A stretch of DNA of 64,000 nucleotides from Deferribacterales bacterium (GTDB lineage Bacteria; Chrysiogenota; Deferribacteres; Deferribacterales; Geovibrionaceae): assembly GCA_050251945.1 (NCBI GenBank), contig JBFWLW010000004.1, positions 32,001 to 96,000 of the forward strand, written 5' to 3'. Shown piece by piece: positions 21,806 to 31,040 of the stretch (positions are counted from its first letter, which is position 1; each line of letters opens with the position of its first letter). The notes beneath the pieces are model-generated. The model was not told where the DNA came from, did not search any database, and saw only the letters and a list, made by a program, of their open reading frames with translations. The position numbers and the translations under genes were made by a program.

Positions 21806-23730
21806 GCGGCAGAACATTTTATATCACCACGCCCATCTATTATGTAAACGACGTTCCACACATAGGTCACGCATACACGACAGTTGCGTGTGACACCGTG
21901 AGCAGATATAAAAGACTGTGCGGATACGATGTTTTCTTCCTTACAGGAACCGACGAACACGGTCAGAAGATTGAGCAGGCGGCGCTGAAAAGAGGCATCA
22001 CGCCAAAAGCGCTGGCAGATGAGGTTGTTCAGAGGTATCAGAGCCTCTGGAAAGTTCTTAATATCTCGAATACCGATTTCATCCGTACAACTGACGAAAA
22101 ACATAAGGCGGCCGTGCGCAAGATTTTCCGCACAATGCGCGACAAAGGCGACATATATATCGACCATTACGAGGGCTGGTACTGCACACCGTGCGAAACG
22201 TACCTCACGGAAACACAGCTTCTGGACGGCAATTGCTGCCCCTCATGCGGACGCGAAACAAGCAAACTGAAAGAACCCAGCTATTTCTTCAAGATGAGCA
22301 AATACAGCGATCAGCTTCTTAAGCATATTGAAGAACATAAAGATTTCATCCGTCCCGAATCAAGGCGCAATGAGATAATCTCATTCATAAAAGAGGGTCT
22401 GCGCGACCTTTCGGTTTCGCGCGTCTCCTTTAAATGGGGAATACCCGTGCCGGAAGACGAAGAACACGTTATCTATGTGTGGCTGGATGCGCTGACAAAC
22501 TATATCGCCGCTCTGGGCTATGGCGTAGACGACGACAGCGATTTCAAAAAATACTGGCCTGCCGATTTTCATGTGGTGGGTAAAGATATTCTCCGTTTCC
22601 ACACTGTCTATTGGCCCACAATGCTTTTAAGCGCGGGAGTGGAACTTCCCAAAAGCGTATTCGCACACGGCTGGTGGACTGTGGAAGGACAGAAAATGTC
22701 CAAATCCATGGGCAACGCAATCGACCCCAACTGGCTGGTTGAAAAATTCGGCGTGGATGCCATCCGCTATTTCCTTTTGCGCGAGGTTCCGTTCGGACTG
22801 GACGGCGACTTCTCGTTCAAAGGGCTTATCCACCGCATAAACGGCGACCTTGCAAACGACCTCGGCAACCTGCTGAACCGTACTATGGGTATGGTGAACC
22901 GTTATTTCGACGGCATCGTTCCCGCATACAGCGTGAAGGGAGATTATGACGAGGCTCTGGAAGCGCTTGTGAGCAGAGTCTTTGACGAAGTTGACGGACA
23001 CCTGAACAACCTTGCGTTTAACAAGGCGCTCGCTTCTCTTTGGGAACTGGTGAGCGGACTTAATAAATATATCGACGACAACGCTCCGTGGGCGCTTGCC
23101 AAGGATGAAGCGAAAAAAGATGTACTCGGTTCAGTGCTTTACACTGTGCTTGACGGTATCCGTCTGGTATCGCTCCTTCTGTATCCTTTCATCCCCGATA
23201 CAGCGGCAAAGATACGCAAACAGCTCAATACGTCACTCGATATAGAAAAAGCCGACGAAAAATCGCTGAAAGCTGTCAGAAAGCTTGAAAGCGGACAGAA
23301 ACTCGGCGAAGCCGAACAGCTTTTCCCCAGAATCGACGAAAAAGAGATGCTGGAATCGCTGAAACCGGTTGAAAAACCCGCAGATAAGAAAGATGAAGTT
23401 GTTGAAGCGATAGATTTTGTATATTTTTCCAAAATGGTGCTGAAAGCGGCGAAGGTTGTTGAGGCGGAGAAAGTGGATAAATCCGATAAACTTCTTAAAC
23501 TCAAAATAGACCTTGGCAGCGGAGACATCCGTCAGGTTGTTTCCGGCATCGCGAAAAGTTACAGCGCAGACGATATGAAGGGCAAAACCGTTGCGGTCGT
23601 CGCCAACCTGAAACCTGCGAAACTTATGGGTATCGTTTCCGAAGCGATGATTCTTGCCGCCACAGTGGGTGACAAACACGTCGTGATGGAACTTCCCGAC
23701 AGCATCGAAGCGGGAACAGTTATAAAGTAA
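21802..23730 (+). CDS. metG: Methionine--tRNA ligase
   Basis: PHIGHAY, KMSKS, C-terminal tRNA-binding OB domain. Confidence 0.97.
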   Translation: MSGRTFYITTPIYYVNDVPHIGHAYTTVACDTVSRYKRLCGYDVFFLTGTDEHGQKIEQAALKRGITPKALADEVVQRYQSLWKVLNISNTDFIRTTDEKHKAAVRKIFRTMRDKGDIYIDHYEGWYCTPCETYLTETQLLDGNCCPSCGRETSKLKEPSYFFKMSKYSDQLLKHIEEHKDFIRPESRRNEIISFIKEGLRDLSVSRVSFKWGIPVPEDEEHVIYVWLDALTNYIAALGYGVDDDSDFKKYWPADFHVVGKDILRFHTVYWPTMLLSAGVELPKSVFAHGWWTVEGQKMSKSMGNAIDPNWLVEKFGVDAIRYFLLREVPFGLDGDFSFKGLIHRINGDLANDLGNLLNRTMGMVNRYFDGIVPAYSVKGDYDEALEALVSRVFDEVDGHLNNLAFNKALASLWELVSGLNKYIDDNAPWALAKDEAKKDVLGSVLYTVLDGIRLVSLLLYPFIPDTAAKIRKQLNTSLDIEKADEKSLKAVRKLESGQKLGEAEQLFPRIDEKEMLESLKPVEKPADKKDEVVEAIDFVYFSKMVLKAAKVVEAEKVDKSDKLLKLKIDLGSGDIRQVVSGIAKSYSADDMKGKTVAVVANLKPAKLMGIVSEAMILAATVGDKHVVMELPDSIEAGTVIK

Positions 23731-23797
23731 GAGATTAATTCGTCGTAAACTCCCCGCAATGACGTCTCTGCGAGGAATGAAGTGACGAGGCAGTCTG
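23731..23797. repeat. REP-like doublet, family A copy 4
   Basis: GAGATTAATTCG...CGCAATGAC GTCTCTGCGAGG...CGAGGCAGTCTG directly after the metG stop. Confidence 0.75.
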
Positions 23798-23812
23798 TAT
23801 TTTGGAATTAAA

Positions 23813-24676
23813 ATGATCACAAAAAAAGGCAGTCCGCTGCACCATCAGTTCCTTATGGAGCTGAAAGCTGCGGGCGAAGCGGGGGCGTTTTTTACGGACT
23901 CCCACGCACATATACACATGGAACCCCTTGCAGAGGATATGGAAGGGGTTATCAGCCGTGCCGAGGAAAACTACGTCCGCCGCATCGTAACCATCGGCTG
24001 CGGGCTTGAGGACAGTCTCCTCGCGCAAAAAGCCGCCGCATCGCACGAACGCGTCTTCTTTGCCGCAGGCATCCACCCCCACGATTCTCAGGCTTGCGAT
24101 TTTTCTGAGGCTTACGATGACTCTGATGTAACCAAAGGTTTTCATAAACTGTTTACGCATCCGAAATGTATAGCCATCGGCGAGATAGGGCTGGATTATT
24201 TCTATGACCTATCCCCGCGTGACGTTCAGCAGAAAGTTTTCCGTCATTTCCTTCAGCTTGCAAAAGAATATAAAAAACCTGTAGTCATACACAACCGCGA
24301 TTCAGCGGAGGACTGCGTGCGTATCCTTGACGAAGAGGTGCGCGGACGGGACAGAAACGGAATAATCCATTGTTTCAGCGGCGACATCCCGCTTTTGCGG
24401 TGGGCGCTTGATAACGGTTTTTATATATCATATGCCGGACCTGTCACCTATTCAAAATCAGACGACCTGCGGGCGACGCTTCAATATGTTCCTGTTGACC
24501 GTCTGCTCGCGGAAACAGACTCCCCGTACCTCTCCCCAATGCCGTTTCGCGGCAAAACAAACGAGCCTGCAAACACCGTTTACAATGCATATGAAATTTC
24601 CATAATAAAAAGCATGAATTTATATGAATTTGCGGTACAATTGGAAAAGAACTATAATACTCTTTTTCAGGCTTGA
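23813..24676 (+). CDS. tatD: TatD family hydrolase
   Basis: DSHAH, GIHPH, IGEIGLDY, HNR, IIHCFSG, ETDSPYL. Confidence 0.93.
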   Translation: MITKKGSPLHHQFLMELKAAGEAGAFFTDSHAHIHMEPLAEDMEGVISRAEENYVRRIVTIGCGLEDSLLAQKAAASHERVFFAAGIHPHDSQACDFSEAYDDSDVTKGFHKLFTHPKCIAIGEIGLDYFYDLSPRDVQQKVFRHFLQLAKEYKKPVVIHNRDSAEDCVRILDEEVRGRDRNGIIHCFSGDIPLLRWALDNGFYISYAGPVTYSKSDDLRATLQYVPVDRLLAETDSPYLSPMPFRGKTNEPANTVYNAYEISIIKSMNLYEFAVQLEKNYNTLFQA

Positions 24677-24678
24677 TT

Positions 24679-25050
24679 ATGAAACACAATGTTTTGCTGG
24701 TAGATGACAATGAATTGGAGCTGTTTGCTCTAAGAGAACTTTTCGAGGCAGAGGGCTACGAAGTTGATACTGCGGAGAACGGACTTTTTGCCCGGGATAT
24801 GGTGAAAGAGAAGGAATACGACATCATCATTACTGATCTTGTAATGCCGGTGTCCGACGGAATACAGTTTCTGTATTCACTCGGCTCCACGGGCAGAGAG
24901 ATCCCCGTCATCGTTCTCACAGGTTTCAACCGTATAGACAACATGCTGAATGCGTTCCAGATGGGCGCTGTGGATGTGCTTTATAAACCTTATGACGTGT
25001 CCCAGCTTCTTGAGCTTTGCGCCAAGGTTTTGAAGAAAAATCAATCTTAA
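24679..25050 (+). CDS. Stand-alone response regulator
   Basis: VLLVDDN, ITDLVMP, VLTG, YKP. Confidence 0.9.
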   Translation: MKHNVLLVDDNELELFALRELFEAEGYEVDTAENGLFARDMVKEKEYDIIITDLVMPVSDGIQFLYSLGSTGREIPVIVLTGFNRIDNMLNAFQMGAVDVLYKPYDVSQLLELCAKVLKKNQS

Positions 25051-25061
25051 CGGAGGTCTAT

Positions 25062-25517
25062 ATGACAATAAATGTTAACAAGATCCTGTATCCCACGGAT
25101 TTCTCCGATCCGTCAGCATATGCGCTGAACTACGCTGCGGAGATGGCGAAGCTGTTTGATGCCGAGCTTGAGCTTCTGCACGTTATGCTGGACGAAAGCC
25201 AGCTTGTGTCTTTTTACCTGCCGCAGATAACAGTGCAGAACCTCGCGAAGGATATGGAGGATGGAGCTACGGCGAAACTTCAGGAGTTTATCGCAAATGC
25301 GAAAATTCTTGAAGGTGTCAAATATAAATACACTATGGCGAAAGGCATTGCCGATGAAGAGATAGTGCGCGTTGCGCAGGAATCAGGCACGGATCTTATC
25401 GTTATAGGCACCCACGGACGCACAGGCTTTGAGCACGTTCTTTTCGGTTCAACAGCGGAAAAAGTTGTCCGCAAGGCACCCTGTCCCGTTCTTTCAGTAC
25501 GGAAAAAAGAAGAATAG
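25062..25517 (+). CDS. Universal stress protein
   Basis: ILYPTDFS, IVIGTHGRTG..LFGSTAEKVVRKAPCPVL. Confidence 0.93.
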   Translation: MTINVNKILYPTDFSDPSAYALNYAAEMAKLFDAELELLHVMLDESQLVSFYLPQITVQNLAKDMEDGATAKLQEFIANAKILEGVKYKYTMAKGIADEEIVRVAQESGTDLIVIGTHGRTGFEHVLFGSTAEKVVRKAPCPVLSVRKKEE

Positions 25518-25542
25518 TATATGGGGCGGTTTATCCGTCCCT

Positions 25543-25697
25543 CAGACTGGTGACAAACTGGATTTTACGTTCCTATCTCCCCCTTTAGAAAAGGGGGAAT
25601 AAGGGGGATTTTGATTAAACATCAATCAAATCCACCCCAACCCTCCTTTTGCTAAAGGAGGGAGAAATATGGAAATTATGACTTTGTCAACAACCTG
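25543..25697. mobile_element. 155-bp MITE-like element with IS1182-like ends, inserted at a terminator
   Basis: Terminal IRs CAGACTGGTGACAAA / TTTGTCAACAACCTG (12/15 match); flanked by 21-bp direct repeats TGGGGCGGTTTATCCG(T/C)CCCT at 25522 and 25698; no ORF. Confidence 0.7.
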
Positions 25698-25722
25698 TGG
25701 GGCGGTTTATCCGCCCCTTTTT
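25698..25722 (+). terminator. Intrinsic terminator (intact copy of the duplicated target)
   Basis: GGGGCGG-TTTAT-CCGCCCC followed by a T run. Confidence 0.75.
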
Positions 25723-25754
25723 AATTGGCGCTTAAATGCATAATCAAATCAAAT

Positions 25755-25835
25755 GAGATCGCTTCGTAGCCCGCTCCTCGCGAAGACGTTTATTTTTACA
25801 TGTCTCTGCGAACCCTGCAGGGGTGAAGCAGTCTC
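25755..25835. repeat. REP-like doublet, family A copy 5
   Basis: GAGATCGCTTCG...CTCGCGAAGAC / GTCTCTGCGAA...GAAGCAGTCTC. Confidence 0.8.
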
Positions 25836-25899
25836 GTCTTTCAATATGCGACATAAATTTCATGAAATATTCTAAAAAGAAATAGGGGATTAATTTTAC

Positions 25900-27618
25900 T
25901 TAGCTTCTCAGATAATCTTCCAGCCCAGAAAACCTTTCCGTCTGTCTGTTCAGATAGCTTCTGATTGCCGTTTCGGTTGAAATGACCGTCAGTTTCTCTT
26001 TTGCGCGTGTCACGGCGGTGTAAAAAAGTTCCCTCGTGGCTATGGGTGACTCCGATTCCGGCAGAACCAGTATCACATGGTCAAATTCCGAACCCTGACT
26101 TTTATGCACGGTCATGGCATACACGTTTACCCATGAGGGCATACGCATCACGCCGGCGGGTCTTTCCCTGCCTGCGAAATATGCTTTCATTCCGTCCTGC
26201 TTAACTATAAGTCCCGTCTCGCCGTTGAAAAGATTCATGGAATAGTCGTTCTCGGTTATCATAACAGGTTGTCCGTGGAAGTATTTTTCCGTACTGCTTC
26301 TGAGTCCTTCACGAGAGAGCGCTGACAGTGCAAAGCCGTTTATCGCCTGTGTACCGAATCTTCCGGTTACTGTAGGGCAGAGAATTATTGACCTTGCCGC
26401 CATTTCAAGCATTTTTTGAGGATCGCTTTCAGACACTGTTTTTCTGTACAGATCAATTATGTATTTTCTGAAAAAGCCCATTATGTCGGTGTCAGACGGG
26501 ATGAAATCAATCTTTCCGGTAGTATCGCTGCGGATAACTTCTATGGCGGTTTCGCTGTCACCCACACGGCACGCCTTTGCCAGTTTGCCGATACCCAGCG
26601 TATCGTCAAACCTGTGGCTCTCCGTGAGCGCGACAGTGATGTCCGATATGCTTTGTCCTTGCGGCGAAACTTTGGTATCGGCGTATTCTTCTATTATTAA
26701 TGCTCTTTCCTGTGAAAAAACGTCTGTTTCGGATGCGGTGCAGATGTCGCCCAGAACTGAGCCGGGCATAACGGACGAGAGCTGGTCTTTGTCGCCCAGA
26801 AGAATCAGGCGGGCGGCAGGTTTCAGCGAATTTACAAGTTCGCTCATCATTTTCAGGTCGACCATGGATGCCTCGTCGACTATCACCACGTCGTACGCCA
26901 TAGGATATTCGGGGCTGAAACGGCTTCTGTCGCGGCTTCCCGTAGTTCCTAAAAGCCTGTGGAGCGTGACAGCCTTCAATCCGTCCGTTTCTGTCAGAGT
27001 TTCGTTCAGTCTGTTTGCCGCTTTGCCTGTGGGTGCCGTGAGCGCTATGTTCAGCGGGCTGTCCGAAAGGGCGTTGAGGATATTCAGCACTTTGCGGACT
27101 GTTGTCGTCTTGCCTGTGCCGGGTCCTCCGGTTATGACACAGAAACCCGACAGACACGCGCAGAGCGCCGCCGCTTTCTGCATGTTTGCCCCTTCGCCGA
27201 ATTCTTTTATGAGCAGATCTTTCAGTTTTTTGCCGTCTGCTATAGGGATGTCAGGGCTTTGGCGTATGAAATCGCCCACCAGTTTTTCACTGCGGTAAAA
27301 CGCCGCCAGATAAAGCCTGCCGCCCGTAAATATCACAGGCGCGCTTTCATCTTTTGCGACAGCGCCGCTCGCGGCTATTTTTTGTATGTTCCCGTCAGAG
27401 AAAGTATTATCAAGTTCTTCTTTAAAGTCTTTATAAAACGGCAGAATATCTATTCTATCGGTTTTAAGGCATGTGTGTTCGGTTGAAACGGCATAGAACA
27501 GCACAGCGAAGAACAGGTATGCGTCCGGACAGCCGAAAACAGCACACATCTGCTTTGCAAACTGCACGTCTATGTCTCGCAGTTGTCCGTTTTCGTATAA
27601 AACATCAGCCGTATTCAT
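25900..27618 (-). CDS. recD: Exodeoxyribonuclease V alpha subunit
   Basis: GGPGTGKTT, APTGKAA, VDEASM, GDKDQL, MTVHKSQGSE, YTAVTRAK. Confidence 0.95.
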   Translation of the reverse strand: MNTADVLYENGQLRDIDVQFAKQMCAVFGCPDAYLFFAVLFYAVSTEHTCLKTDRIDILPFYKDFKEELDNTFSDGNIQKIAASGAVAKDESAPVIFTGGRLYLAAFYRSEKLVGDFIRQSPDIPIADGKKLKDLLIKEFGEGANMQKAAALCACLSGFCVITGGPGTGKTTTVRKVLNILNALSDSPLNIALTAPTGKAANRLNETLTETDGLKAVTLHRLLGTTGSRDRSRFSPEYPMAYDVVIVDEASMVDLKMMSELVNSLKPAARLILLGDKDQLSSVMPGSVLGDICTASETDVFSQERALIIEEYADTKVSPQGQSISDITVALTESHRFDDTLGIGKLAKACRVGDSETAIEVIRSDTTGKIDFIPSDTDIMGFFRKYIIDLYRKTVSESDPQKMLEMAARSIILCPTVTGRFGTQAINGFALSALSREGLRSSTEKYFHGQPVMITENDYSMNLFNGETGLIVKQDGMKAYFAGRERPAGVMRMPSWVNVYAMTVHKSQGSEFDHVILVLPESESPIATRELFYTAVTRAKEKLTVISTETAIRSYLNRQTERFSGLEDYLRS

Positions 27619-30600
27619 AACTCAACCGCCGTTTTTGCCATTTTTTCTATTATTTCCCTTTTTGGCTTGTGCAAAAAGATGCCGTTATCGCCGGATTGCT
27701 CCACACCGCGCATGAAAACGTATATTCCGCCGCCGATATGCCTGTCAAAGTCATAATCGGGGAGGTATCTTGTCAGATGGACGTGAAGTGCCAGCGTATA
27801 TATATAAAGCTGTAAGTAATAGTGACTGTTAAGCATTTCGTCGAACATACGGCTTCTGGAATAATCCTCCGCGCGACTGCCCAGATAATTTGATTTCCAG
27901 TCCAGAATATAAAATCTGCCGTCAGTTTTGAATATCAGGTCGGCAAAGCCCGTCAGAAAGCCCCTGACTGCGGTGAAATCCAGTGTGGATGCCGCTTTTG
28001 CGAATTCGTTCTCGCCTGCTTCAAGGAAGATATCCGCTATCTGCTTTGCGTCGAAACGACAGGTGGAGAGATTGAACTCCATCTCGTGTACGAAATCGTC
28101 GCGGTCTATGCCCGCAAGGGTTATACCGTCCGTAAGCTCTTTTGTAAGAAGGGTATGTATGTTATCCGTCACTGCCGGAATGAATTTTTCGTCAAAAAAG
28201 TATTTTTTAAGCCTGTCCTTCACAACGGCTTCGATGTTTTTTCTGTCTACGCTTTCAAGGGAGATGTCCTCCATAATTTCGTGTAGGCAGTTGCCCGCCT
28301 TCGCCCCTCTTGGAAAGGTGAAGATATTGTAACCGAAGCTTTTTTCAGCGGTCTGGGGAGCGAACTGATCTGTGTCGCGGTCGGACGATGCCTTATGAAC
28401 CAGTCTGGAAAAGCTGTTCATCTGCCAGCTTTCGGGTATTTGTCCGCTGAAAACACGGTTTTGCGTCTCCGGAGCAGGGCGTTCCGGTTTGTATATCTGC
28501 AAAACAGCTTCCGGAAATGGTTTCAGGTCGATATGTTCGCAGTCTTCCGCAAACTTTCTTACTGTTGCCGCATCGTATTGTATATCTTTTCCCACAGCGC
28601 CGTTTATCATGTAGCCCATTGACGAAACATAGTGCAGGTCAACGGGAGAAAACGCCGTATAGCAGACGGCTTTTGCCCTTGTCAGGGCGACGTATGCCAG
28701 ACGCAGTGATTCCGAAAGAGCCTCGGTGCCTGCCGTTTTTTCGGCATTATCATCCGCTGCCATGTCCATCACCAGTTCGCTCTCTTCGTTGTGATATTTA
28801 GGAAACGATCTGCCGTCCTTCTTTTTGCCGTACATAAGGAACGGGGTGAAAACGATGTTGTATTCAAGCCCCTTGCTTTTGTGAACGGTGGTAATGTTGA
28901 CTGCGTTATCGTCGCTGTCCATCTTTTGCAGATATTCTTCCTCACGTTCCGCCGCTCTTCCTGTTTTTTCCGTGAGCCAGAGAAGGAGCTGGGCGGGTGA
29001 TGCTCTGTGTTCCGCCTCATATTGCTGTGCAAGCTCGGTGAGATGAACGAAATTCGTAATTATACGTTCGCCTCCGCGCCTTATTGCCAGCCGGGTGAAC
29101 ATTGAATATTTTTCCGCCGCCCTGAAAAACACAGGTGCGATGCCTTTTGAACGCATGATGTCCGAAAACTCGGCAAAATCCTCAAAAATACCGTCCATCC
29201 TGTCGGAAAGGGTGAACAGCTCTTCCGCGCTGAATCCGAAAATTTCGGACGCAAGAGCTGTACGCACAGCTTTTTCGGAATATGGGTACACCAGCGCAGT
29301 CACAAAGTGCATCATCTGCTTTGCCTGCGCGGTGTAGAACACGTTTTCGCCGCCCGTGACAACGCACGGGATCCGGAATCTTATGAGAGCGTTGCGCACC
29401 ATAAGCGCCTGCGGGTTGGTGAGGGTCAGAACTGCGAAATCGGAAGGCTGCACAGGGCGCGAACCGTTTTCGTCTTCAAGCTGTGCTTTTGTGTTCAGAA
29501 GCCGCGCTATTTCATATGCGCATTTTTCCGCAGTTGCCGCCGGACTTGGTTTTTCATCGCTGACGTCGTACCAGAAGGTAAGAGGTTTTTGTCTCTCTCT
29601 GTTCTCAATGAGCGACAGCGTGTGTTTCCCCGCCGACGGGTTGTATCCTATCCTGTCGATGCAGAAAGGGTTAGGTTTGATGAAAAAACGGTTCACCGCC
29701 TCCACCAGACCTTTGTCGGAGCGGTGGTTCGTGGTGAGGGTGTATTGTTCCTCCCTGTCCTGCGCGGCTTTCAGGTAAGTGAAAACGTCTGCTCCGCGGA
29801 AGGCGTAAATAGCCTGTTTCGGGTCGCCTATCATAAAGAGAGGACGCTTCGCGGGTGCGAACGTTTCATGGAAGATATCATACTGGAGCGGGTCGGTATC
29901 CTGAAATTCGTCTATCATGGCGGCGCGGTATTTTTTCCGCAGGGTCTCTTTCATGGACATCCCGCCCATGACGGCATCGCGCATCCTGACTATCAGGTCG
30001 GTGTAAGACTGGCTGTCCGCCTGCTGGTTATAATCCTCCAGCGTCTCCACACAGTGATCGTAGAATTCGCATTTTATCATGTCCCTGTAATCGGACAGCA
30101 TGGACTTGAGTGCCGCGCAGAGATCCAGCCAGATTTCTATATCATCATAAAGCGCATGTTTCGGGGCTGTTTTTCCTTTGTTCGGGCAGCTTTCAAGTTT
30201 CCGTGTTGTCAGCAGATGAAATTTAAAGTCGGCGGGCGGGTCGGTTGCTTTTGCCGGGTCAAGATTGGCTAATCCTTCAAAAGTTTTTTCCGCTGAACCT
30301 TTGGCATATGTTCTGCCGTTCAGGTTTGAGTAAATTTCCTGAATCATCTTGGGAACATCGCAATCGCCAAGTGTGTTTTTAACCTGAGCAAAAGCGGCTG
30401 ATATTTTCACCTGAGCAGACTGTATTTCCTCTTCCGTGACGGACGGGCGGTTGATGATGCGCATTGATGGATTTTCCATCATGTTTTTTACGAATTTAAC
30501 CATATCGTCAGGTGTTTCGCCCATCATAAGCTCTGCGAATTCGGGTCTTATGCCGTACATCCGTTTGCGCCAGTAGTCCTGAACCGGACGTTTGAGAAGT

Positions 30601-31040
30601 GAGGACGCATCTCCCGCCAGTTTCGTTCCGAAGGCGATGTTGCCGCCGAATGAGTTTTCCGTCAGCATCTTCTGGCAGAATCCGTGGATTGTGCTTATGC
30701 CGTTCATGTCGAAATCGCGTATTGCCGCGTCAATCTTCTGTTTTGCGTTGTCCGGCAGTCCTTTTGCCAGATAGTTCCTGACGAAGTCGGTTTTTGATTC
30801 CTCTCCGTCCAGAGCCGCACGCATCTCTATGAGCCGTTCGTATATTTTTGTCTTAAGGTCTGTCACTGCCGCCTTTGTGAAGGTGACAACGAGTATCTGC
30901 TCAATGGTTGCGTCAGTTTCCGTCAGCAGACGCACGGTGAGTGCGGTTATGGTATAGGTTTTTCCTGTACCCGCGTTCGCCTCTATGAGGTGGGTGCCGC
31001 CAAGCTGACAGTTAAGAATATCTATATTATTGATCTGCAT
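27615..31040 (-). CDS. recB: Exodeoxyribonuclease V beta subunit (likely start 31040)
   Basis: EANAGTGKT, IDEFQDT, GDPKQAIY, TVHKSKGLE, C-terminal nuclease GFADL...LDWKS, YYLQ. Confidence 0.95.
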   Translation of the reverse strand: MQINNIDILNCQLGGTHLIEANAGTGKTYTITALTVRLLTETDATIEQILVVTFTKAAVTDLKTKIYERLIEMRAALDGEESKTDFVRNYLAKGLPDNAKQKIDAAIRDFDMNGISTIHGFCQKMLTENSFGGNIAFGTKLAGDASSLLKRPVQDYWRKRMYGIRPEFAELMMGETPDDMVKFVKNMMENPSMRIINRPSVTEEEIQSAQVKISAAFAQVKNTLGDCDVPKMIQEIYSNLNGRTYAKGSAEKTFEGLANLDPAKATDPPADFKFHLLTTRKLESCPNKGKTAPKHALYDDIEIWLDLCAALKSMLSDYRDMIKCEFYDHCVETLEDYNQQADSQSYTDLIVRMRDAVMGGMSMKETLRKKYRAAMIDEFQDTDPLQYDIFHETFAPAKRPLFMIGDPKQAIYAFRGADVFTYLKAAQDREEQYTLTTNHRSDKGLVEAVNRFFIKPNPFCIDRIGYNPSAGKHTLSLIENRERQKPLTFWYDVSDEKPSPAATAEKCAYEIARLLNTKAQLEDENGSRPVQPSDFAVLTLTNPQALMVRNALIRFRIPCVVTGGENVFYTAQAKQMMHFVTALVYPYSEKAVRTALASEIFGFSAEELFTLSDRMDGIFEDFAEFSDIMRSKGIAPVFFRAAEKYSMFTRLAIRRGGERIITNFVHLTELAQQYEAEHRASPAQLLLWLTEKTGRAAEREEEYLQKMDSDDNAVNITTVHKSKGLEYNIVFTPFLMYGKKKDGRSFPKYHNEESELVMDMAADDNAEKTAGTEALSESLRLAYVALTRAKAVCYTAFSPVDLHYVSSMGYMINGAVGKDIQYDAATVRKFAEDCEHIDLKPFPEAVLQIYKPERPAPETQNRVFSGQIPESWQMNSFSRLVHKASSDRDTDQFAPQTAEKSFGYNIFTFPRGAKAGNCLHEIMEDISLESVDRKNIEAVVKDRLKKYFFDEKFIPAVTDNIHTLLTKELTDGITLAGIDRDDFVHEMEFNLSTCRFDAKQIADIFLEAGENEFAKAASTLDFTAVRGFLTGFADLIFKTDGRFYILDWKSNYLGSRAEDYSRSRMFDEMLNSHYYLQLYIYTLALHVHLTRYLPDYDFDRHIGGGIYVFMRGVEQSGDNGIFLHKPKREIIEKMAKTAVEL

